A stretch of DNA of 63,305 nucleotides, the filler included, from Lophium mytilinum (lineage: Eukaryota), in assembly GCA_010093605.1 (NCBI GenBank). It is 15 parts of 8 records of this genome, joined end to end, with 100 filler letters (N's around TTAATTAATTAA, not from the genome) between each part and the next. Parts side by side here need not be neighbours in the genome. Positions count along the whole stretch, not along the records: positions 8,703 to 32,774 come from MU004201.1; positions 32,875 to 39,238 come from MU004202.1; 13 more parts are not named here. One strand, 5' to 3'. Positions 27,494-38,000 of this stretch are shown in pieces. A model generated the notes under the pieces. That model had not been told where the DNA came from. It made no database searches and saw nothing but the letters and a program-made list of their open reading frames with translations. Position numbers and translations under genes: made by a program. How positions within the stretch are numbered: the stretch's first letter is position 1; each line of letters starts with the position of its first letter.

Positions 27494-27889
27494 CTAGTAG
27501 GGTCTTTATAGGAAGGCTTCCTGTAGGGGCCCTTGCCCTACTTTTTAGATTTAGTTTAGCATCTCTTAATGTCTTTTTCTTTTTCTTTCTAACGGTTCTA
27601 ATTAGGACCACTTTCCTTGCTATTAGTTTGCACCTACTTACTTAGTGCTGCTAACTTTTTACTATCCTAATTTCTTACTTGCGTTCCATCCCCCACCCCC
27701 TAATAGTTAGTACTGCTCCGCAGTAGTAGTACACTTTATACCCTTAAAATCTCCCAGTTTATATTTAGCCTCTAGATAGCGGCTTGCTTAACTATAGAAT
27801 ATAGCGTAATATTTACTACTATAACTATGCCTTGCGTATCTTATGCGTAATATAATATTTATTTTATTTATCTATGTTATATGGGGCGG

Positions 27890-28800
27890 TCTTATCCGCC
27901 GTAGTTTACGTAGTCGTGGAGGGCAATTGCATTCCAATACCGCTCCGTCGTATCTATACTATTGGCATGTGCTCCCTATCTTTTTTACGGTAAAGAATCT
28001 GCTATTATATACTCTGTAATTCAACCCTCTTCGCTAACATTAGTTATACGGCTGGGCCAAGTCCTCTCTATAGACCCCATCTATTAACACGCTGTATACA
28101 ACTTTATTCTGCCTATAGTTCCCTAAAGCGTGTATTATTATATAATGCCTAAACTAACCGGAAGGAGAGTTATTTGCACGTGTTATTGTTAAGTCTTTAG
28201 CGTGCTGGGCGGCGGAAGGCAATTTAGGTGTCGCAGTTGTACTTTCTAGTTTATCGGCGATGTATTCGGACCTGCTTATTATTAGCAAGGACAGTAATCC
28301 TTAAGGGGTTATAGTCTTACCGTTTATCGCTTTTAATATAACTTTCCTCCTCCTTACAGTTATAAATAGTCTCTATATTATAAATAGAACTACTCTTTCA
28401 TTCTAGTATTTTCCTTCGCTTCTATTCTTATAGCCGTCTTAACGAGCGCTTTAGCCGTGTAAGCTTCCTCCTTGCAACCAAATCTGGGGTGGCATTTGCA
28501 ACCTCGCGCCTAGACGGGGTATTAGGCGTAGTAAGGAGAGAAGCCAACCGCTCTATTAGAATATACGTATTGGGCAGACGTGGATATATCTACCCCTGCC
28601 GAACGTTATTCTCGGCGTTTAGAGTTGCTGTGCTGCTGCGCGTTAACCTTAGTGTGCCGGGCTGTATTTTATATACTTTAGCCTAGTTTAGGGTTGCAGC
28701 CGTCTCTATGTTAGGTTGGGCCGCTTCTTATCTCGCAAATATCCGCCGGAACGCTCTAGGAAGGACGTATATAGTATACCGATTAAGACTTGCATATAGT
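27890..28800 (-). pseudogene. Possible degenerate hypothetical gene
   Basis: Minus-strand frame reads mostly open across ~28320-27893 with a candidate intron at ~28114-28159. No family recognised. Confidence 0.3.
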
Positions 28801-29264
28801 ATTGTGCGTGGGCTGCTGCTATACTATAAGGGGTAGGTAGTAGTTGGAAAAAGGTTTAATGCGCTAGTTTCTGTTAATCTTAGTATATTACGTGCTAACC
28901 ACTCGTATTATACCCACACTTATAATTAACCTTTAGAGGTTAACTCTATATACTATACGCAAATAGCAACTCTAAGAGTTTTATTTCGTCACTATACTGT
29001 ATATATATTTTACCTTAGGCGGGACTAGTAGGTCCCTATAACGTACAGTTTACGTAACTATACCCTGCGTCGCTTCAGCGCCCGCCCGATTTACTCTTCC
29101 TCTCTTCCCTTACTCCTTTAGCTTGTTCCTCTCTACACTATAGCTGCAGGCAAACTAACAGCTAGAACTAGCACGGGAGAGACTCTTAATTGCATTTAAA
29201 GCACTTTAGAGAGATAGTTTAACAGTGCGTAAAGTTTTAAAGCCGGCAGGCCGTAGAAATACCT

Positions 29265-29953
29265 ATGCAACCAACTTAGAAGAGCAGCACGCTAAGAACA
29301 GCACCGCCACGACAGGCACACTAATGGGCTCGGGTACTATTACTTAGGACCCTCTCCTTAACCCCAATACACCTAGTAATGCCGCGGATCTTGCCGCATA
29401 AAACGCTAGAGAGGAGTTCTTATTATTTATTCCTAAAATAACTCCTAAGCTAGCTAACATGGACTAACCCCACACGACTAAACCGCTTACCGCGGAGGAT
29501 ACTGCCGACCCTACCTGCATCCGTGCCTAGAGAGAAGCACTTCTTGCAACTATCTAGAATTAAAACGGAGGTTCCCTCTTTAGTAATAGCCTAGGCACGC
29601 CTACTAATACTACTCTTAATATGCAGCCTACTACAATTAAGTCTTAAACTCTCCATAACTATGCTAACCCCCTATCCCAAGCCTCTAGAGATAGCGCCCT
29701 ACCTTCTAAGTCCAATATTAACATTAAGCCTAAACTAGCCGACGAAGTCAACGTAAAGATCGAGCCTGGTATTAAGATTAAGCCCGGCCTTACAAGCAGC
29801 CCGGATACTACGAGTTTTTCGAGGACAATTCTAAGGACAAGGAGCTCCTGCGCTTGCGGATCAATGTGGAAGAGAAGAAGGCGAGGGCTGCATAAACAAG
29901 GTTTAAGGCTATAGCTAGAGAGCGGAAGCAGCAGGGCCTAATCCACTCCTAAA
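29265..29953 (+). pseudogene. Degenerate hypothetical low-complexity protein gene (KxEP-like repeats)
   Basis: GC-richer coding-like sequence with IKPK..VKIEPGIKIKPG and a charged ELLRLRINVEEKKARAA stretch. Stops and an apparent frameshift. Confidence 0.35.
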
Positions 29954-29984
29954 TCTAAACCTCGGACGGGAGTAGCAGCGCCCT

Positions 29985-30135
29985 AACCTATCCCTATTTC
30001 TACGCGCTCGTTAGCAAACACCCAACTCTTCGTCCAGCGCTGCTAGGCCCTTGCTATCCCCCAACCCATCTTCTCCTTTAATAGCAACGCGTCCCTGCCC
30101 TCCTAGAACTATACCCTAGCCCTCCACGCCGCCTA
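29985..30135 (+). pseudogene. Partial paralogous copy of the first dsRBD coding segment
   Basis: Aligns by eye without gaps to ~31074-31220 (GTTAGCAAACACCCAACTCTTCGTCCAGCGCTGC vs GTTAGCGAATACCCAGCTCTTTATCCAGCGCTGC). Confidence 0.8.
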
Positions 30136-30360
30136 CGCGGAAATTGTCTAATAGGCTTCACTCTTTTACTTTACCTTACTCTTATTTCCTTCTTTAATAG
30201 CTTTATCTCTGCTCTTCTACTATTAGTCTTATCTTCTTCCACTATAGCGGAGCCTCTAGACTTAACCCCTAGTAACAGTACTGGTTCACCCTTTACTACT
30301 ATAGCGAAACCTAAAGATTTATCTTCCATTACTACTACTACCGCGTTGCCAACTCGCGAG

Positions 30361-30468
30361 CCCCAAAATTGCAGATATTGCAGGAAGAAAGCCACTCTAA
30401 GGTGTAGTTACTGCGCCAGCGTTATCTACTACAATGCGGATTGTTAAAAGGCTAACTAGAAATTATCT
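30361..30468 (+). pseudogene. MYND-type zinc finger fragment
   Basis: PQNCRYCRKKATLRCSYCASVIYYNADC*KAN*K fits CxxC...CxxC..xYCxxxCQxxxW after de-RIP. The final H-x3-C pair is not evident. Confidence 0.75.
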
Positions 30469-30890
30469 AATGCGCCGCCTTCTTGCATAAAGGTTGTTGC
30501 ACCGTAATAAGACTCCTATGCTTTAGCTTAAATTTACTAATAGACGGCGAAGAGCGTAAAGTTTAGCGGATTATCTAAGGGGTAGAAATTAAAACGGGCT
30601 CCAGCTCTATTATATAACTATAAGCTGCAATACACTTTACCTCTTATAAACTCAGCCCGCTACGCATAAATATAGAGTCTCTCCTGCCTAAGCGCCGAAG
30701 AATAACTTCTAGTAGAGCAGCTGTAGCTACCCTAGCTCGTGTAGATTAAACTAGCACCCTACCTTAGCCTTCTTAGGCTAGCCTTTAACCTTATATATAC
30801 ACCAGCGTAGGCAGTAATAATTATTCTTATCCTTCCTTTATACTAAGCTTAATTACCACGCCGCTTCCTAGCTTTAAGAAGAAAAGAAAA

Positions 30891-32052
30891 ATAGAGGTCG
30901 CAGCTCCCCTTAGCAGTTAGAACTCCACCCCGCCGTTAATAGATTAGACACGTGGAGGCTCTATTCCAGGTGCCCTAAGTATACTATAAAACCTTCTTAG
31001 CATTAATAAGTTTAAGAAGCAGCATAAAGCCGCCGTTGCCGCCGCTAGAGCCTAAGCCTAATCTACTCCCTAACCTATCCCTATCTCTATACGCTTGTTA
31101 GCGAATACCCAGCTCTTTATCCAGCGCTGCCAGGCCCCCGCCATCCCCCAACCTATCTTCTTATTTAACGGCGACGCCTCCCTACCCTTCTGGAACTGCA
31201 CTCTAACCCTCTACGCTGCTAGCTCCCCCTACTTTCTTACTACTACTAGCCCCTTCACCTCTAAGAAAGAAGCTAAAGAAGCCGCCTCTACTCTTGGCCT
31301 TAGCCTCCTCTCCTCTCTTAAAGCCTCGGGCATAGTCTCTACCCCTAGTAAAACTAAAAAACGCACCCCAACCTTAACTTCTACTACTACTACCCCTAAG
31401 AAACCCTAGGAAAACTTTACTAGCATTCTTATAGAATTCTACTAAGCCTCTAAAATCTCCGTCCCGACCTTTACTAAGTTTAAAGCCGGCACCTGCTTCT
31501 CCGCCGAGCTATTGCTGGCCTCGCACCGCCCGGAGAACGCCCCCTTCGGCGGCCGCGCTGTGCTCCACCCGTTAAAGAAAGCGGCTCGTGCGGCTGCGGT
31601 AAGGAAGGCAGTGCTCTAGCTGCGCGTAGGAACAGCTGCCCGCTATATACTAGCCCGCGTCCGTAAAGAAGTAGCGGAAGACGGCAGGGGGTTCTAAGGA
31701 CGCCGCGGTGCAGCTGCCGGGCAGTATAGCGGCGCGGGTGCTGGCGCTAGCAAGCGAGCTAGGGCTACCGCAGCCGGAGTATTAGTAGGCGGCGCTAAGT
31801 GCGCTAGCGCCGGGGCTGTCTATAGTAAGTAGTTTGTTCCCGGGGAGTAGAGTAGGCGGGGAGGATAGGGTAGTAGTAGCGGCAAGGCATATAGTTAGAA
31901 AGAAGGCGGCAAGAAAGAAGTATGCGCGGTTAATAGTAATAGAGTTAGAAGGAGTATTAGAGAGGAGGAAGGGGGTGTTAGGAAAGGTATTAGAGAAGGG
32001 GAAGAGGGAGGTAGAGATAAGGGAGGGGGATAAGAACTATTATTCTTGTTAG
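30891..32052 (+). pseudogene. Protein with three double-stranded RNA-binding domains (dsRBD)
   Basis: Three units ending in the dsRBD KKxA helix: FTSKKEAKEAA (~31255), HPLKKAARAAA (~31566), VRKKAARKKYA (~31894). Preceded by LxxxCQ/EFxQ..P-type first helices. Includes ORFs 31095-31409 and 31834-32052. RIP stops and a probable frameshift. Confidence 0.78.
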
Positions 32053-32340
32053 GAGTATAGAGAGACATATAATAGGAACTTATTTATACTTACTTAATTT
32101 AGGTTATAGTAGGGGAAGTATATTAGAAGTATAGTAAGTAGGAAGTATAATTACTTCCGCAGTAATATAAGGGTTACTGCAGGAAGGCTTCCTGCAAAGG
32201 CCCTATAAAAAATATTAGTATAATATATATATATAAAAAAGATATATAAATTTATAATAAAAAGGATCCCTATAGAAAGCCTTCTAGTAAGAACACTATA
32301 ATATACATTAAAATAGATATAAACTTAATAGAATTTAAAG

Positions 32341-32660
32341 AAGTGTTTTATACTATATACTAGTATATAGATATATATTACGCCTAATAAGACTAATAGA
32401 AATATTTCTATACTATATACTAATGTGTAAGTATAGAGTACGCCTAATAAAGCCTTAATAAATATTTCTATAGTATATACTAAGATAAACGTATATAGTA
32501 CGCCTAATAAAATTTTACTAAATGTTTCTATACTATACGCTTAATAGTAGGTATACAGTACGCATCTAGGGATTTTAGTAGATGCTTCTATACTGTACGC
32601 TTACTAGTAGGTATACAGTACGCGTAACAAAATTTTACTCGATGTTTCTATACTGTACTG
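32341..32660. repeat. Subterminal tandem array, exact 60-bp period, ~5.3 copies
   Basis: Consecutive 60-nt lines from 32341 align without gaps, each with TTTCTATACTRTAYRC...GTATAxAGTACGC. Confidence 0.92.
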
Positions 32661-32679
32661 TTGGCCGCCCGCTAGCACG

Positions 32680-32774
32680 GGGTTAGGGTTAGGGTTAGGG
32701 TTAGGGTTAGGGTTAGGGTTAGGGTTAGGGTTAGGGTTAGGGTTAGGGTTAGGGTTAGGGTTAGGGTTAGGGTT
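32680..32774 (+). repeat. Telomere tract (TTAGGG)15
   Basis: Perfect TTAGGG repeats running to the contig end. Confidence 0.98.
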
Positions 32775-32874
32775 NNNNNNNNNNNNNNNNNNNNNNNNNN
32801 NNNNNNNNNNNNNNNNNNTTAATTAATTAANNNNNNNNNNNNNNNNNNNNNNNNNNNNNNNNNNNNNNNNNNNN

Positions 32875-35044
32875 GTAATAGTAACTCTAATACTGCCTCT
32901 TCTACTTCTTTATCTACTTAGGCTACTTCTTTATTTACTTTACTTTCTTTAGCCGCTTCTTCTTCTTCTTTAACTGCTACTCCCTTAATAGTCTATATAA
33001 TAGCATGCTTACTACTATTACTCTAATCTTACTCTGCAGCTTCCGTTAATTCTATATTGCTTTGAATTTTAGGTATATATTAGGCCGCTCTTAACTTACT
33101 AGAGCGTATACTACTGCTAGTAGACTACTAGGTATAAGAAAGTTATATTAGTTAAGTAGGTTAAGAGGTTAGAGGAGCGAGAGAATAAGTACTACTACGA
33201 GTAGCCCGCCCTAGAGTAGAATATTAGGTAGGTTTAGTAGATAGAGGAGGAGCGGTAGAATAGATACTACTATAGATAGACTACTATAGAGGAGTATATT
33301 ACGTAGGTTATATAAATTAGGTAGATAGAGAAGGAATAGTAGAACGGGTACTACTATAAGTAGACTGCTGCGGAGGAGTATATTACGTAGATTAAGTAGA
33401 GGTAGAAGGTACTAATTCTTCTATTAAGACGGGTTCTACTTAAGTTTATTAGAACCTAACTGTAAATACTAGAAGATTGTAAAAGATATACTAATTATAA
33501 GTTATATAATAGTTTTCTCTAAAGGCTTCTAAGGTGCAATTAGTTGTTAAAAGGGTATAGGCGCAGGGCGGGTGGAATAAGGGGCCCTAATATTTATACT
33601 AGAAAGACCTCTAGGGTTTTTAAAGATAATTAGAAATAGATCTAGGATAGAAGTAGAAGTAGGCTTATTAGCCTCTCCTACTACAGCTATTTAGTCTACA
33701 GCCCTCTTCTTTTCTTCTCTCTTGTATTAGTTTGAATCTACTATTAAACATAATTTAGCTGCTTTTTACTCTTTTTTATTCTAGTACTTTTAGGGGCGTC
33801 CCATGCTAACTACTAGGTGTAGTAGTAAGAGGGATAATAGTTTAGAATATAGAGCTAAGGAGCGGAAAGTAGTTAGGGAGTGTAATTAGTTAAAAATAAG
33901 GATTTATTAATATTCTTATTATAGGGCTTACCCCGCCTAATCTATTTTAACACCCCTTATGGATACGGCCACTCGGTTAAGGTCGCTAGGGAAGGGCCCT
34001 AGTAGGAAGGCTTCCTGTAGTAGCCCTATTAATTGCTTTATCTATAAATATTATATAAACTATATCCTACTCTTTACTTTATATATTTTATTTAATGCGG
34101 CTAAAATTTCTATTATATAAGAATACTATCTAGCAGTAACCTATGCTAAGGCGAGGCTATTATAACGCAAAACCCTTTCTATTATATCTATTACCCTCTA
34201 TAGGCACCTACTACTAGAACTTCACCTTTTCTATAATGCTTTAAATTTAATTACATATACTGTATATAGTATTATAGCTCTATTATAGTATCTTAATATC
34301 TAGAAGTTATTATATGCAGCGGTAGAAAGGCTGCTTAATTATAGGGCTATACTCTATACTGCTAGCTGCCCTCTTTCCTTACCCTCTATACCTACCTAGA
34401 GCTATAACTATAGCCTGTAAAATATTTCTAAATTGCTAGAATGCTGTTATATTATATAATAAGTAATTTTTCTTATAAATATCTTTAACCTTATATTATA
34501 GTAGTTCTATGCAGCGCTAGTTAAGGTCTTTATTAAGTGTAAGGCTAGTATTACGCTAAACTCTTTAAGTAACTTCTATTATTCGGGATCTTACCTCTGC
34601 ATATAACTGCTACTACTACTACAGCCTATATATTAATTTTAAGTTAATAGATTACTATCGCATTATGTATTATATATAATTCTTTATATATTTCTTCTAT
34701 ACTATATTATAGTAGTTGCATGCAGTAGTAGTTATACTAATTCTTAAGCACGAGGCTGTTCTTACGCTAAACCCTTTAAGTAATTTCTATTCTATACCTG
34801 CGCACCCTGCGGCCTCTCTATACCTACCTTAAGCTACTACTACGGCTTATAAATTAAATTAAAGTTAATAGAATGCTATTATATTACGTTCTAAGTATTA
34901 TTCTTCGCATGCATACTCTATTTTACGTTGTGGTAGTTAAATGCGGCGGTGCAAGGTTATACTGCACGCAATTCTTAAAGGTTAATTTTCTCTATATTAA
35001 ACTCGCTTCTCCCTACCTAACTCTAACTCTCTAGCCTCTATAAT
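32875..35044 (-). repeat. Inverted copy of 14648-16816 (left end of the 18-kb element)
   Basis: Reverse complement is collinear, and the differences I inspected are almost all C>T/G>A. Confidence 0.95.
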
Positions 35045-38000
35045 ATAAAGCCCCTATATAATTCTAGAAAAATATTAGAAAATTAAAGTAAATAAGAGGA
35101 GAAATAAGGGCCCTAGCTAGAAGCCTTTCTACTAGGGCCCTTTATATAATAACTTATAGGTTAAATAAAGGTAGAATAAAATTTTTAAAAGCCTTGCGTG
35201 TATACTAGAAAATTATACCTAAATAGTTATTAGAAAGCTTAAATAGATTATTAGTACCTAGAATAAACTTAGCTTTACCGGGTTTTAAGCAATATATATA
35301 GAATTATAGATACTTATCTCTTAGTTCTATAAAAGATATATAAGTAGGTATATTAGTAATACCTATATATAGCGGGGTTCTACTATAGAGTATAGTAAAG
35401 TTTAAGTAAAGCTATAAAGTAGTTAGATAGAGGTTTACTTAGTTACTTTTAATAAGCTAGTACTTATCTATAAATTAGACATTAAAACAGCTACTTAAGA
35501 GACCGGGCTAGGTAGAGCTTAGATAATATTTAACCTAGTTCTTTAGCTTAGTAAGATTATTATTACTATACTACTTTAATACGGGCTAGAGACTATACTA
35601 ACTAGCTATTACCTAATAGCTAGCGATTATAATACTCTTAGTATTTACCTTATTTTTAGTATTAAATAAGGGATAGTCTCTAGTTAAAGTATTATATAGA
35701 AATATAGCGCTATAGAAAGTAACTTAGCCCTTTAATAAATAGATATAGAGCTTAAGTTTAGAACTAAACTTTATAAGTTTATTTACTATTTAGTATACTA
35801 AAATAGAAGGTATAAGAAAAAGAAAGGGCTTTACTAGCCCGGGGTCTTTCTTATCTATAACTTTACGCTAGCGCTTAGCAATAAGCTATAATTAAATTAG
35901 TAGATACTAAGAGAAACTATTAGGGGGGTAGTAGAAAGGCTTTCTATTAATACTTTTTAAAGAGAAATTACTTATATATCTAATAAGGGTAGCCATTAAA
36001 AATATCTTTCTAATACTAACCTTATCTATAATTAAAGCCCTACTAAGAAAGCCTTTCTATATAATATAGTATATATAGTAAGCCCTAGTAATCTACTACT
36101 ACCTTAAGTAAATATTACTATTTATTATAATAAGGCGGGGTTTCTAATAGTTATAAATATATAGGGCCTTTATTACTTCTTTAAGGTTATCTAGCTAATA
36201 GGCTTTATTAGTTATTAGAAGGCGGAGTATACTCTGCGTTATAAGATCTACCGCGGTTAGTATAGTAAAGGGGATAATATCCTTTATATTAATAGCGGTA
36301 GCCCTTATATTAGCCTCTATATCTTAGGCATGTTTAATACTATCTAGATTAGTATACTTATCCTTATTTAAATCTATAGCGCGTATATTTAGGTGCTATT
36401 TAATAGTATATATAAAATCTTCTACTATCTATCTAATTACCTAATATGCGTTATATTAAAACTTTAATAAGTTCTAGTTAATTATTACTCTAGTGCGCTT
36501 AGTATGCGTAATTACTAACTTTAGCTTCTATTTTATAGTGCCGGTAATATACTTAGTACTAGTAATATTAATATTACCTTTCTTCTTATTAACTAGGTTT
36601 ATAGCAATTTTCTCTTTAGATAATCTCTAGATAGGGTTATCTATATTAACCTCTATATTAATAGCCGCAAGTTCCTTCTTAGTAAAATAAGAGGGCGACT
36701 ACTAATAGGGAGGCCTAGAAGGGCCTTAACGGGAAGGCTTTCTATTAATATCCTTACTACTATAAGTAATAGTTTTAGCCGGAGTCTTAGGTGCCGGTGC
36801 TAGACTAAGCTTTATTTTTTAAAGAATGTTCTATATCTTAATTTAGTTCTTAGTATAGGCGGTTCTACTAGCTTAAGATAGGCTACTCTTAAATTCTATA
36901 TTTTTCTTTAATTTAAAGAAGATTCTAAGCGCTTTATTATTAGTAATATTAGCGCGGTTATATAAAAACCTACTAAACCGCTTTTAGTAGTAATTAAAGT
37001 ATTAACTAATAAACTAAGCTACCTAATCTACGGGTTTATAGTTATCTATTTTAGGCTAAGAAGTAGTATATTACTATAGATTATATAACTCGCTAGTTTT
37101 AAAAGTATTTAGAATAGTAGTAAAACTAGCCCCTTAATTCTAACTATATACAGCGCGCTTTAGGTCTAAATATCTATTTTTATACTTATTTTAAATTACT
37201 TAGAAATTAGGCTTAGCTAGAATTACTTTAAGTTCTACTTTTATTTAACTATAAAGCTTAGCTAACTTTATTCTACTAGTATATAGCGTATTTACTAAGG
37301 CCTATAACTTCTCTAACTCTTTATCTTTTCTACTACTAGTTACTAGCGCTTAAAGCTTTTCTTACTCTTTATTAGAGTTCTTAGGGATATTAGAGTTATT
37401 ACTATAGTTATTACTATCTAGATAAACTACTTTACTATTTACTAATATAAGCGTCTCCGGATCTATTATAGTAGCCGGCTAATTGCGCTTTAAATTAATA
37501 TGGGCATTAACCCCTAATTTAGTAACTAGTAGAAAGGTAGAATTTAGATCTTCTAGTACTTTAAAAGAAGTAGATTATTTCTTATAGCTATCTACTAGGT
37601 TAGTTATAGGTAATATATATAGAGATGCAACCTTTACTACTACTTTACTAGGGTTTCTATTACTTAAGGTATTTATAGCTAGCCTATTAATATATTAGCT
37701 TATCTTAAATAATAGAAGAAAGGAGGCAGGTAAAAGGCTCTAGTAGAAAGGCTTTCTACTAAGACCCTTTATACTATGCCGGGTATTTTTAGTATTATTA
37801 TTTTCTTAATATTTCCTGCCGCCGCATCTTTAAATCTAAGGTAGACTAATCTACTAAGACTAGTAAAGGGCCCTAGTAGAAAGCCTTTCTATAATAATTC
37901 TTATAATACGCTTACCTTACTCTACTCTTAGAGAAATTATAATGGAATAAATCTATTAGTAGAATTAGCTATAATATAACTTAATTTTACCTACTAGACA

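Larger units (their letters stand above)
15664..32297. repeat. Dispersed 35-bp palindrome family AGGGCCCTAGCAGGAAG-S-CTTCCTGCTAGGGCCCT (13 or more copies)
   Basis: Copies start at 15664, 21120, 21246, 21895, 22028, 23042, 23840, 24655, 26151, 26608, 27499, 32170 and 32263. Matching copies in the inverted duplicate at ~33993, 35107, 35922, 36720, 37734, 37867 and 38516. Confidence 0.92.
14648..32774 (+). mobile_element. ~18-kb telomere-terminal repeated element with a fixed left end (putative novel mobile unit)
   Basis: Begins ATTGTAGGGGCTGGAGGGTTAGGGTTAGG, interrupts the TLH gene and ends in 60-bp repeats plus telomere. A second copy begins at the same base (35044, minus strand) in a different flank. 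RIP damage implies it is multicopy. Confidence 0.7.

Noticed and set aside
12229..30395. Short minus-strand ORFs (12229, 17965, 19265, 26108, 30171) and ORFs at 14610, 20835 and 28489
   Set aside because: Antisense shadows of better-supported genes or motif-less chance ORFs. The one at 14610 crosses the element junction.
15664..32297. 35-bp palindromic repeats as a CRISPR array
   Set aside because: Irregular spacing of 0.1-5 kb, eukaryotic context and no cas genes.
14648..32774. Starship, canonical Helitron or MoTeR identity for the 18-kb unit
   Set aside because: No first-gene DUF3435 captain, HUH-Pif1 RepHel or reverse transcriptase motifs were detected by eye.
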